Part shown: one piece after another, positions 1 to 9,074 of the stretch | Layout of the letters: each line of letters opens with the position of its first letter | Position numbering within the stretch: the first letter of the stretch is position 1 | NCBI GenBank assembly: GCA_038245295.1 | Contig: JBBRSP010000003.1 | Span: 224,001 to 288,000, forward strand | DNA length: 64,000 bases | Direction: 5' to 3' | DNA from: Candidatus Binatia bacterium | GTDB taxonomy: Bacteria; Desulfobacterota; Binatia; HRBIN30 | Made by a program: the position numbers and the translations under genes | The notes under the pieces: model-generated | What the model was told of the DNA's origin: nothing | Seen by the model: only the letters and a program-made list of their open reading frames with translations | Database searches by the model: none

Positions 1-89
1 GAAGAAGTCGGCGCGACTCACATCGGCCTTGGTTTCTCGCCTGAGGTTTACGTCATCGTGGCACGCGCCCTCGCCGGTCTGCAGCCCGA

Positions 90-1043
90 GTGAGCACCGT
101 CACCTACCGCGGCCGTTTCGCGCCGTCGCCGACGGGCGATTTGCATCTTGGGTCGGCGGCGACGGCCCTTATCGCCTGGCGCCGGGCGCGCGCAAATGGC
201 GGCGCGCTGGTGATGCGCATCGAGGATATCGACACGCCACGCGTCGTGGCAGGTAGCGAGGCGCGCCAACTCGAAGATCTGCGCTGGCTGGGAATCGATT
301 GGGACGAGGGGCCTGATGTGGGCGGTCCGTGCGGCCCCTATCGACAGTCGGAGCGCAGCGGTTTGTATGAGGCGGCGCTGGCGCGCTTGGCGGCGCAGGG
401 ACTCCTCTACCTGTGCGACTGCTCGCGCCGCGAGGTCGCGGGTGTGGCGAGCGCGCCGCACGTTGGCGAAGAGGGACCGCGCTATCCCGGGACATGCCGG
501 CCCTCTGGCATGCAGGCACGTAACTTTCGTCGGCCGCCGGCGGTGCGGCTCCGAGTCCCAGAGGGCACGGTTGTCGTATCCGATGCCTGGCAAGGCCGTC
601 TTACCCAGGATGTGGCGGCTGAGGTTGGCGATTTCGTCCTCAAGCGCGGGGACGGCATCTACGCGTACCAGTTGGCGGTCGTTGTCGATGATCTGGCCAT
701 GGGAGTCACCGAGGTTGTACGCGGTCACGACCTACTACGATCAGCGCCGCGACAAGCGCTTCTGGCGCAACTGCTTGGCGGCCGCTCGCCGCAGTTCGCG
801 CACGTGCCGCTTGTCGTGGACGCGGCGGGGAAGCGCCTGGAGAAGCGTGATCCTGGCCAAACCTTGCGCGGCTTGCGCGAGGCGGGTGTTCCCGCGGCGG
901 CGATCGTCGGACAGTTGGCTTCGGCGCTCGGCTTGGATCAGGGCTCGGAGGAGACTCCCGACGGAATGTTCGAAGGCTTGCGCCGGACTGCGCACCTCCG
1001 GTTGGTGGTCAGAAAGTTGGCGCGCTCGCAGCAGGGCGAATGA
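90..1043 (+). CDS. gluQ: tRNA glutamyl-Q(34) synthetase GluQRS
   Basis: GRFAPSPTGDLHLG (HIGH-like), RIEDID, CDCSR...YPGTC Zn motif, YQLAVVVDD, KRLEKR; 317 aa with no anticodon-binding domain. Confidence 0.92.
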   Translation: MSTVTYRGRFAPSPTGDLHLGSAATALIAWRRARANGGALVMRIEDIDTPRVVAGSEARQLEDLRWLGIDWDEGPDVGGPCGPYRQSERSGLYEAALARLAAQGLLYLCDCSRREVAGVASAPHVGEEGPRYPGTCRPSGMQARNFRRPPAVRLRVPEGTVVVSDAWQGRLTQDVAAEVGDFVLKRGDGIYAYQLAVVVDDLAMGVTEVVRGHDLLRSAPRQALLAQLLGGRSPQFAHVPLVVDAAGKRLEKRDPGQTLRGLREAGVPAAAIVGQLASALGLDQGSEETPDGMFEGLRRTAHLRLVVRKLARSQQGE

Positions 1044-1106
1044 ACATACTCGAATGGCTAGAAACGCAGCGGTTGATCAGGAGTTCGTTGACCTTTCAAA
1101 ACCTGG

Positions 1107-1213
1107 GCTCACCCTTCGTCCTTCGACAAACTCAGGTTGAACGCGGCTCAGGGTGAGCGGAGCAAATCTCCTTCAAATCAACTAAACAACCGCTCAGGCT
1201 GCGCCGGTCGAAG
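1107..1213. repeat. Palindromic REP-like intergenic element
   Basis: gctcaccct (1107-1115) and agggtgagc (1150-1158) form a perfect inverted repeat; cttcgac...tgagcgg is answered by ccgctca...gtcgaag (1190-1213); lies between convergent genes. Confidence 0.6.
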
Positions 1214-1273
1214 CCGGCCTTGCCACTGTTAGGCCAGATTCTGCAGCCTGCGGCGTCCAAAGCCCCTGGCGCC

Positions 1274-2284
1274 TCAGGACGCCCCGATGGCGCTCATGAG
1301 CAGCGGGAAGGCGCGATGCAGCTCCTGCTGGAAGTAGGGCCATGTGTGGGTGCCGGCGCCGTAGAAGTCGGTTGTCACATTGCCGCCGAGATCGCGCAAA
1401 TGGTCGGCAAAGAGTTGCGCTGACTGTAACGCGGCGTTCTCCAGGCCATCGACGTTCTGTCCTTGCGCATCCAAGGGGCCCGGATCGCCGTTGCCGGAGG
1501 AGACAAACACGGGGATGCCGACGAGGTTGGCGGCCAACGTGTATGGATCGTGCGCTGCCCAGATGTCCGCCTGGGCAACCGGGTTGCCCCACAGCGCGGC
1601 GGGCGGAAACCCACGCAAACCAAGCGAAGCGGTGATGATCGTTTGGGCGAGCGGCTGCAGCGACGTGACGGCACCACTGAACGATGCCGCCGCTCGGAAC
1701 ATGCCGGGGTGACGTGCCGCGTACGATGTCGCTCCGAAGCCGCCCATCGACAATCCGGCAATCGCGCGCTGATCGCCGGCGCGATACTTCTTCTCGAGGA
1801 TTTCCCGGAGCTCTACGAGGTGGAACGTCTCCCAGGCCGGCGGGCCGCCTTTCCCTTTGTTGTACCAGTCGGAATACCAGCCAACGTCGCCTCCCTCGGG
1901 CATCACGACCAGCACGTCGGTGTTTGCCGTGAGAGCTTGCGTGTCCGCAAGAACCGTCCACAGCTCATAGTTCGGTGGGCCGTTGCTCGGCGTCGCCTGC
2001 GCGCCGTGTAGGAGATAGAGGACCGGCCAGCGATGATTCGGTTGGCTGGCGAAATGCGGTGGCAACAAAATACGCACGCCGATGGTGGCTCCAACCGCCG
2101 GGGAGTCGAGGAGCAGATGGCGCGTCCGGGCATCGACGACCGTTTCCTCGACGATGCGCGCCGTTGTCGTGATTGCGGCAGGAGCACCGCTTTCGCCGTC
2201 GTCGCCACAGCCGAGGTTGGTGAGTACGAGCAGAGCGGTTGCCAGTCCGACAACGAGGCGCGTCTTCGAGTGCGATAGAATCAT
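1274..2284 (-). CDS. Alpha/beta-hydrolase esterase lipoprotein (antigen 85 / S-formylglutathione hydrolase-like)
   Basis: Lipobox LTNLGC, PVLYLLHG, GWYSDW, nucleophile elbow GLSMGG, GTHTWPY. Confidence 0.85.
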   Translation of the reverse strand: MILSHSKTRLVVGLATALLVLTNLGCGDDGESGAPAAITTTARIVEETVVDARTRHLLLDSPAVGATIGVRILLPPHFASQPNHRWPVLYLLHGAQATPSNGPPNYELWTVLADTQALTANTDVLVVMPEGGDVGWYSDWYNKGKGGPPAWETFHLVELREILEKKYRAGDQRAIAGLSMGGFGATSYAARHPGMFRAAASFSGAVTSLQPLAQTIITASLGLRGFPPAALWGNPVAQADIWAAHDPYTLAANLVGIPVFVSSGNGDPGPLDAQGQNVDGLENAALQSAQLFADHLRDLGGNVTTDFYGAGTHTWPYFQQELHRAFPLLMSAIGAS

Positions 2285-2386
2285 GGCGGCAGGCGATACT
2301 GCGGAGCCTATCGTTTCTCAAGCCCGCACCGCCGTCGTCGACCAAGAATCGTTGACTTCCGGGAGTGGCCCAGATAGCCGCCGACC

Positions 2387-3637
2387 ATGATGATGCGCCG
2401 ATGGATATTCGTGTTGACCGCGATCGTGGCCTGCGTCCGGCCAGTCCCGACAGCCGCGCTTACGGCCGAGCAGGTGGAGGCGGGAACCTCCGAGGCAACC
2501 CGCCACCTGCGGGTGGTGTTGCAACTCCTCGCCTCGAACCGTTTGCACGGCCGCGACAACAATACCGACGACTCGCGTCTGGCCCAGCGCGTCCTGATCT
2601 CGATGCTGCGCCGATTCGCGCCGGGGCTCGACGGCACGATGACCGGCGACGATGCGTACAAGCAACCATTTGTTCTGAGTAATCAAACCGGCACCAATCT
2701 CGTGGCCGTGATCCGCGGGCGCGAGCTACCGAATGAGTATGTCCTCGCCGGCGCCCACTACGATCATCTCGGCACCCGCAGCGCCGCCGATGGCCACTGT
2801 ACCTCCCGCGGCGCCACCGGCGGAGCCGTGTGTAACGGCGCGACCGACAATGCCGCGGGTGTCGCGGTCATTCTCGCGGTTGCCGAGGCGATTCACGCCT
2901 TGCCCGAGCCGCCGCGGCGCTCGGTGGTGTTGGCACTGTGGGATTCAGAAGAAGACGGCTTGGTCGGCTCGAAGTACTACACGACTCATCCCCTCGTTCC
3001 GCTTGCCGACACCAACGGCTGCGTCAACCTCGACATCCAGGGGCAGGACCTGTTGCCGAGCCTGAGCCGTACGACGTTCGCTGTCGGCAGCGAGACCGGC
3101 GGCAGTGCGTTGCAGAGTGTCGTTGATCAGGCGGCAGCGCACGAAGACCTCAAGGTGCACAAGGTAAGCTACCTGCTTGGCCAGGAACGCAGCGACTACA
3201 AGAACTTCGTCGACAAGCGTGTCCCAACCGTCTTTTTCGGCGACTCGACCGGTCCTTGTTACCACACCACCGGCGACGACCTGAGCATCGTCAATTACAC
3301 CAAACTCAAGGCTCAGGCGCGCATCGCCTTTCGTGTCGTCACAGCGCTGGCCGAGGCGCCGGACCGTTTGCCCTTCGCCGGCAAGGGTACACAGGCCGCG
3401 GTCTTTGCCGATGTCGTGGCGCTCGACGAAGTCTTTCGCACGGCGCGCGCCGACGTCGATCTGTTTTCGGCGGCGGATCGGCCGGCGCTCGATGAGTTGA
3501 CCACGACGATGACGGACCTTGTCGGCGAGGGGAAGGTGAACTTCGACACCAATGGCGTGTTGCCGTTCCTCGGCGCGGTCAATCAGGGCATCGATCTGCT
3601 GACGCATCTCGAGTGCAAGCCGCAACCGCGCCGGTAG
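2387..3637 (+). CDS. Secreted M28 family metallopeptidase
   Basis: Signal peptide, GAHYDHLG, NGATDNAAG, WDSEEDGLVGS, RSDY, YHTTGD. Confidence 0.88.
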   Translation: MMMRRWIFVLTAIVACVRPVPTAALTAEQVEAGTSEATRHLRVVLQLLASNRLHGRDNNTDDSRLAQRVLISMLRRFAPGLDGTMTGDDAYKQPFVLSNQTGTNLVAVIRGRELPNEYVLAGAHYDHLGTRSAADGHCTSRGATGGAVCNGATDNAAGVAVILAVAEAIHALPEPPRRSVVLALWDSEEDGLVGSKYYTTHPLVPLADTNGCVNLDIQGQDLLPSLSRTTFAVGSETGGSALQSVVDQAAAHEDLKVHKVSYLLGQERSDYKNFVDKRVPTVFFGDSTGPCYHTTGDDLSIVNYTKLKAQARIAFRVVTALAEAPDRLPFAGKGTQAAVFADVVALDEVFRTARADVDLFSAADRPALDELTTTMTDLVGEGKVNFDTNGVLPFLGAVNQGIDLLTHLECKPQPRR

Positions 3638-3721
3638 GGTGGGGAAACGAGCTCGTTGACAGGACGCGCCAAGCGGGTGGAGGATGACGGCGTCGAGTCA
3701 AATCCGCCTTGGAGGTGTGAC

Positions 3722-4162
3722 ATGAAGCAGTCTTCCGTTGTGTGGCCTGTTCGCGTCGGCGCCATGCTGTTGCTCTGTGTCGCGACGGCGAGAGCGACAT
3801 CGAATCTCAATTTGTCGAAGTCGAACGTCAACCGATTGATCGGCCGCGGGTCCATTGTGACGGCTTCCACTACCGTCAACGGTAGAGTGTCGCAGATCGT
3901 CTACAACACGCCGGCCGATCGCGACTTCATCCTAACCCAGGCGTGTGTCGGAACTGCGTCGGGTGGCATCCTGTTGGAGATCAGCGGCATTGGGATTGCG
4001 CAGATCGCGTCTGGCCAGTGTCAGACGTTTGCGCCGGGCGCCATTCTCGCCCCAGGTGGGTTTCTGACGTGTACGTCGTCGAATCCCGACGCGAGCACCT
4101 TCTGTACGATCACCGGGCTCCTCGGCCCGGAGCCGGCCCCGGCAGCGCCGCAACTCCGCTAG
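3722..4162 (+). CDS. Hypothetical secreted protein
   Basis: GGAGG RBS before ATG 3722; signal peptide ending ATARA; four Cys in the mature part. Confidence 0.7.
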   Translation: MKQSSVVWPVRVGAMLLLCVATARATSNLNLSKSNVNRLIGRGSIVTASTTVNGRVSQIVYNTPADRDFILTQACVGTASGGILLEISGIGIAQIASGQCQTFAPGAILAPGGFLTCTSSNPDASTFCTITGLLGPEPAPAAPQLR

Positions 4163-4281
4163 CGCAGTGCAGCAGGAGGAGGCGGGAATAGCCTGCCTCG
4201 GCTGTGCAGTCGTTCAGGAGGACATCAAGGCGGTCGGGCACTCCGACCGGCTATGGCGGCGGGTTCGCCATACCCCCCGGT

Positions 4282-4374
4282 GCACCCACGTAGCAGGACG
4301 TTGACCCTGGTGATGATCTCAGCGATCTCCGGCGCGCCAAGGGCGAGATTGACCAGCCGCACCAACTCGTCGAC
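4282..4374 (-). pseudogene. Relic of a dockerin-like (Binatia-type) C-terminal module
   Basis: Minus strand reads VDELVRLVNLALGAP-EIAEIITRVNVLLRGC, matching both helices of the modules at about 10870 and 56100 but lacking the D-x-D-x-D-G loops; no start codon. Confidence 0.6.
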
Positions 4375-4411
4375 CGGCTCTATCTGGCAAGCCGGAGGTC
4401 CAGCAGAGGGC

Positions 4412-4768
4412 CTATTTCTGGGCTCGTAGGGCCCGATAGACTTCCATCAATGTCTCGCGTTGACGGTCGGTGAGATAGGGGTCGCGCAAGATTTCGCGCC
4501 CGGTGTCCGACTCGTCGGGTGTCTTGGGATCGAGCACGCCGGCTTGCAGTTGCAGCGTCTCGGCAGACAGGCGCAGCGCCCCGGCGATCGACTGGAGGAG
4601 TGCGCCGCTCGGGTTACGCAGGCCGTTTTCAATTTCACGCAACACGGCCGCGGAGATGCCGCTTTGCGCTGCCACTTTGCGGAGCGAGATATTTGCCAAC
4701 TCGCGTTGTCGGCGAATGTAGTCGCCCAGGGTCTCAGGCTGTTTTGCCGGCTTCGGTTTTGTTGGCAT
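4412..4768 (-). CDS. XRE-family helix-turn-helix regulator
   Basis: LGDYIRRQRELANISLRKVAAQSGIS...IENGLRNPS; AGGGGG RBS before MPTKPK. Confidence 0.85.
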   Translation of the reverse strand: MPTKPKPAKQPETLGDYIRRQRELANISLRKVAAQSGISAAVLREIENGLRNPSGALLQSIAGALRLSAETLQLQAGVLDPKTPDESDTGREILRDPYLTDRQRETLMEVYRALRAQK

Positions 4769-4782
4769 CGTTCCCCCTCTGT

Positions 4783-6312
4783 CTAGCGTGCGAATTCGCG
4801 CGGCGAGGCGCGCACGGCACGGTCGAAAGCCCAGGCGCGGATCACGTCGACTTGTTCCTTCATCGTCTTCGACAGCGGCACAATGCCGGCCGCGGCATTG
4901 AGCAAGTCGTCGTCGCCAACCGGGCGGTCCTGCAGCTTGGCGGTCGTCATCGCGGACACAACACATTGCTCGACTTCGGCGCCGGTCCAACCCTTGGTGA
5001 AGCGCTTCAATCGTTCGAGGTTGAAGGCCGCCGCATCGACGCCACGACGTACAAGGTGGATGCGGAAGATTTCCATGCGCTCGTCATCGACGGGCAAGTC
5101 GACGAAGAACACCTCGTCGAAGCGGCCTTTGCGGATCATTTCCGCCGGCAAAAGGTCGATGCGGTTGGCGGTCGCGGCGACGAACAGGCCTTTGGTCTTC
5201 TCCTGCATCCAGGTGAGAAAATAGGCGAAGAGGCGGCCTTGCTCGCCGGACGTCTCGCTCGACGTAATACCCATCTCGATTTCGTCGAACCACACCACCG
5301 CCGGTGAAATCTGCTCGAGCGTGCGGCAGGCGCGGGCGAAGGCGCCTTCCGCCGGTCCGTAGCGACCGGAGAAAATCTCGGTCATGTCGATGCGATACAG
5401 CGGCAACTCGAAACACGAGGCGATGGCTTTCACCGAGAGGCTCTTGCCGCAACCGGAGATACCCATGACCAGCAAGCCTTTGGGCACGATGTCGCTGCTG
5501 ATCTCGTCACGCATCAGGAACAGGCGCCGACGTTCGAGCAACCAGCTCTTCATCGTCTCGAGGCCGCCGATGTCGTCGAGGCTGCCGGTTGTCGGAACGC
5601 ATTGGATCAGGCCGGAACGGTTGACCAGGAGACGCTTCTCTTCGAGCAGGGCGGGGACCGACTCGGGGTCGAGGCTGTTCGATATGGACAGAGCGCGTCG
5701 GACGGCAAAGCGCGCCTCGTCGATGGTGAGGCCTAGGAGGGCGCGCGACAGTTGGTGCAGGGTTGCCGGGGTGGTGTCGGCAGTGCCGCCCTTGGCGCGA
5801 ATTCCTTCAGCTTCACGCTCCAGGAAACCCGATAGCTCGACGACGTCGGGGACCGTGAGCTCAAGGAACACGATGCTGCGGTTGAGCTCGTCGGGAATGA
5901 ACTGGATCGGCGAGGAGATGACGGCGTATTTGCCTTTGTCGAAGCACTCTTCGACGAGATCGCGTAGGCGTCGTCGCACTTCGGCGGACTCGCGCATCGG
6001 TTCGTGGAAGTCCTTCAGGTGAAACAGCCCGGGTCCGTCCTGGGCGATAATGAAGTCGAGCGCTCCGCGCGCCTCACGGGTTGCGTCGGGCGCAACCGTG
6101 CCGTCTTCGCAGCGCAGCCCTTCGGTCATGCTCCAGGTCCACACCGGCGGTGGCGTCTTGAAGTAGAGCTGCGCCGCATCGAGCAGCAGTTGGCCGATGC
6201 GTTGTTCCTCCGGCGACATGACGTAGGCCAGCGGGCGGCCCGAGTCGAAGATCTCGCGGAGGATCTTGAGCGAGCGGCTTTCCTTCGGCGTTTGATTTGC
6301 TTCGTTGTTCAT
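4783..6312 (-). CDS. AAA+ ATPase (Ycf46-like architecture)
   Basis: Degenerate N-terminal AAA (LKDFH), Walker A GISGCGKS, Walker B VWFDEIE, TAN, RKGRFDEVFFVDLP; start uncertain. Confidence 0.88.
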   Translation of the reverse strand: MNNEANQTPKESRSLKILREIFDSGRPLAYVMSPEEQRIGQLLLDAAQLYFKTPPPVWTWSMTEGLRCEDGTVAPDATREARGALDFIIAQDGPGLFHLKDFHEPMRESAEVRRRLRDLVEECFDKGKYAVISSPIQFIPDELNRSIVFLELTVPDVVELSGFLEREAEGIRAKGGTADTTPATLHQLSRALLGLTIDEARFAVRRALSISNSLDPESVPALLEEKRLLVNRSGLIQCVPTTGSLDDIGGLETMKSWLLERRRLFLMRDEISSDIVPKGLLVMGISGCGKSLSVKAIASCFELPLYRIDMTEIFSGRYGPAEGAFARACRTLEQISPAVVWFDEIEMGITSSETSGEQGRLFAYFLTWMQEKTKGLFVAATANRIDLLPAEMIRKGRFDEVFFVDLPVDDERMEIFRIHLVRRGVDAAAFNLERLKRFTKGWTGAEVEQCVVSAMTTAKLQDRPVGDDDLLNAAAGIVPLSKTMKEQVDVIRAWAFDRAVRASPREFAR

Positions 6313-6370
6313 GCGGCGCGGTGTGACGTCCGAGGCCCCCGAACGTTCGATCCCTTCTGACGAATCCTCA

Positions 6371-6799
6371 CTAATGTTTGCCGCCGTCGCCTGGCGCCGT
6401 GGCGATGGCGACACGCTCGGCGCCGGCATCCTTGGCCAGGTTGAGGAGCTGCACCGCCTGCTCGAGGACGACGGTACGATCGCCTTGCAGGATGACGGCG
6501 TGATCCTCGCTTTTCTGCAGCTCGGCTTTGAGCGTCGCGGGCAGGGCTTCCATGGTTGTCGGCTTGCCGTTGATCTCGAGATGGTGGTCGGCGGTCGCGG
6601 TAATGATGATGCCGCCCGGTTGTGCCCCGCCGCCGCCGGCGCGCGGTAGGTTGACCTTGGTGCCCTGCTGCACCAGGGCCGTGCTGGTGACCATGAAGAT
6701 GATCAGCAACACGAGAAAGATATCAGTGAGCGGCGTTACGTTGATCTCAGCGACGATGTCGGCCTCGTCGCTATCGTAGTCAACGGGACTGAAGGCCAC
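6371..6799 (-). CDS. exbD: ExbD/TolR biopolymer transport protein
   Basis: AEINVTPLTDIFLVLLIIFMVT, VNLP, ILQGD. Confidence 0.85.
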   Translation of the reverse strand: MAFSPVDYDSDEADIVAEINVTPLTDIFLVLLIIFMVTSTALVQQGTKVNLPRAGGGGAQPGGIIITATADHHLEINGKPTTMEALPATLKAELQKSEDHAVILQGDRTVVLEQAVQLLNLAKDAGAERVAIATAPGDGGKH

Positions 6800-7436
6800 G
6801 CGGCGTGCTCCCTTCGTGCGCCGGTGCCGCGGCGAGTCGGATGAGCAACTCGTCGGTCCACTCGCGCCACTGAGCCGATAGGTTGGCGATGCGTACCATG
6901 AAGGCGTTGTAGGCGAAGATCGACAGGACGCCGACCAGCAGTCCAAGCGCCGTCGCGTTGAGTGCTTCGGAGATACCGGCAGCGACGACGGCGAAGCCGC
7001 CCGATCCGGTTTTGGCCATGTCGTCGAACGAACGCACGATGCCGAGCACGGTGCCGAGCAAGCCGATGAAAGGAGCCAGGCTGCCAACCGTACCGATTAC
7101 CCAGATATTGCGCTTGAGGCTGCGTACGGCGGCGCCGAGTCGCTGCATGGCCAGGCGTCCGCGCAGGGTTTCGTCGGCTTGCGAGAAGAGCGATTTGTAG
7201 ACGGCGGCCAGCGGCGATGTGTCGCTACGCGCCACCGTGGCTGCGTCGCCCAGACTGCCGTCTTCGACCGCACTGGCAACGATACGGTGCAAGCGACTGG
7301 CGGCGCGGGTAGCCGAGGTCAGACTCCACAGGCGTTCGATGATGATCGTAACACTTATGATCGAGCAGGCGATCAGCGGGTAGATGACCGCGCCGCCGCT
7401 CGTAAGCATTGTCCAAGGACTTTGGGAAACTTCCAC
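6780..7436 (-). CDS. exbB: MotA/TolQ/ExbB proton channel protein
   Basis: APFIGLLGTVLGI, GISEALNATALGL; overlaps the exbD start; start approximate. Confidence 0.85.
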   Translation of the reverse strand: MEVSQSPWTMLTSGGAVIYPLIACSIISVTIIIERLWSLTSATRAASRLHRIVASAVEDGSLGDAATVARSDTSPLAAVYKSLFSQADETLRGRLAMQRLGAAVRSLKRNIWVIGTVGSLAPFIGLLGTVLGIVRSFDDMAKTGSGGFAVVAAGISEALNATALGLLVGVLSIFAYNAFMVRIANLSAQWREWTDELLIRLAAAPAHEGSTPRGLQSR

Positions 7437-7598
7437 GACCTCAGGTTCTAGCCGAGGCATTCCACAGGCGCAATTCGCGGCCGCGACGCGCACGCGCGTA
7501 AAAGGGGGCAGGTCTCTTTCACGGGCGCCAATCTGGCGGTGGGGGCATGTCGATGTCGCCGCGCCGCTTGGCGAACACCTGGACACGGAAGCGGAACC

Positions 7599-8849
7599 TC
7601 AGGTCAGCTGCATGGCGCCCGCCGCACGGCCCGCGAGGTGACCCGTGGCCCAGGCCCACTGGAAATTGAAGCCGCCGATGCGGCCCTCGCAGTCGAGCAT
7701 CTCGCCGATGAGGAACAGGCCGTGGACGAGCTTGGATTGCAGCGTGCGGTAGTCGATCTCGCTGAGCGGCACGCCGCCGGCCGTGACCTCGGCGTGATCC
7801 CAGCCACGCGAGCCTTCGACGGGGAGCAGCAGGCTCGTGAGGGCGTGGGCCAGTGCGCGCCGCTGTTCGCGCCGCAGCTGCGGCAGGGGCTGCGTCGCAT
7901 CGACGGCGGCGACACGCGTCAGCTGCTCGACCAGTCGCTCGGGTAGCTCGGCCCGGAGCAACGAGCGAACGGTGCTGCGCGGCTGCAGGCGGGCGGCATC
8001 GAGCAGGCGCGCCTCGAGATCGTCGAAGCTCGCGTCGGGGAAGAAGTTGCAGCGCAGCTCAGGGACACGCCCTTCCGCGTTGGCGATGACCCAGTGCCGG
8101 CTGGCATCGAGGACAACCGGGCCGCTGATGCCGAAATGGGTAAATAAGAGACTGCCGCGTCGCCGATCGATGCGCTTACCGCCGGCTGTCGTGGTCAGCT
8201 CGACGTCGCGTGACAGACCCGAAAGGGCAGCGTGAAAAAAGTCGGAACGCAACACGAGCGGCACCAGGGCCGGGTAGGTCGGGGTCACCGAGTGACCGAG
8301 CGCTTTGGCGAGCGCCCACCCGCTGCCGTCGCTGCCACTGCGCGGCAAGGAGCGACCGCCGGTCGCGAGAATTACCACGTCGGCATCGAGCGTGCCCTTC
8401 GAGTGATGAAGGGTGAACGGACGCCGCGCATCAATGGCCCCAACGTGGTGGCTATGCAGCACCGTAACGCCGAGCTCCTGGCAGCGTTGCAGCAGCGCGT
8501 CGAGCACTGTCTGGGCCCGGTTCGATACCGGGAAGAGCTTGCCGGTGTCTTCGCGCTTCAGCGCCACGCGCAGGGAAGCGAACCACCGCACAGCCGCGTC
8601 GGCGTCAAAGGCGGCGAGGACGTTCCGCACGATGTGGCGCGTGCCGTTGAAATCTTCGGGAGTGACGATGTCGTGGGTGACGTTGCAGCGCCCGCCGCCG
8701 GCGATGAGGATCTTGGCGCCAATGCGCGGTGCCCCGTCGAGGACGACGACGCGTCGGCTCCCCGCCGCCGTCTGCGCCGCGAAGATGGCCGCGGTGAGTC
8801 CGGCGGCCCCGGCGCCGACGATGGCGATGTCTGCGATAGGGTCCGACAC
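7599..8849 (-). CDS. HI0933/YhiN/BaiN family flavoprotein oxidoreductase
   Basis: IVGAGAAG, GAKILIAGGGRCNVT, LATGGRSLP, LFTHFGISGP, VTAGGV, GGFNFQWAWATG. Confidence 0.92.
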   Translation of the reverse strand: MSDPIADIAIVGAGAAGLTAAIFAAQTAAGSRRVVVLDGAPRIGAKILIAGGGRCNVTHDIVTPEDFNGTRHIVRNVLAAFDADAAVRWFASLRVALKREDTGKLFPVSNRAQTVLDALLQRCQELGVTVLHSHHVGAIDARRPFTLHHSKGTLDADVVILATGGRSLPRSGSDGSGWALAKALGHSVTPTYPALVPLVLRSDFFHAALSGLSRDVELTTTAGGKRIDRRRGSLLFTHFGISGPVVLDASRHWVIANAEGRVPELRCNFFPDASFDDLEARLLDAARLQPRSTVRSLLRAELPERLVEQLTRVAAVDATQPLPQLRREQRRALAHALTSLLLPVEGSRGWDHAEVTAGGVPLSEIDYRTLQSKLVHGLFLIGEMLDCEGRIGGFNFQWAWATGHLAGRAAGAMQLT

Positions 8850-9074
8850 GTGCCGGTGATCTAACCGTAGCAGCTGGAATGTACAGCGACCCAACGGTAG
8901 GGCGCGTTGGGATGGGCGCTGGGCGGGACATTCCACCGTCAATCGCTGCACTGCAGCGATTGACGCGGTCGGCCTCCTGGCTTCGTCAACTGGCGCGCCG
9001 GGGACGGTTGCGCTTACCGGCAAGCTGAGACCTGCCGGTTGAGTCCTTGAACAGGTCGGTGGTAGACGCCACGC

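Noticed and set aside
59..75. tggcacg... sigma54-like site before gluQ
   Set aside because: GG-GC spacing is off by one and TTGC is absent
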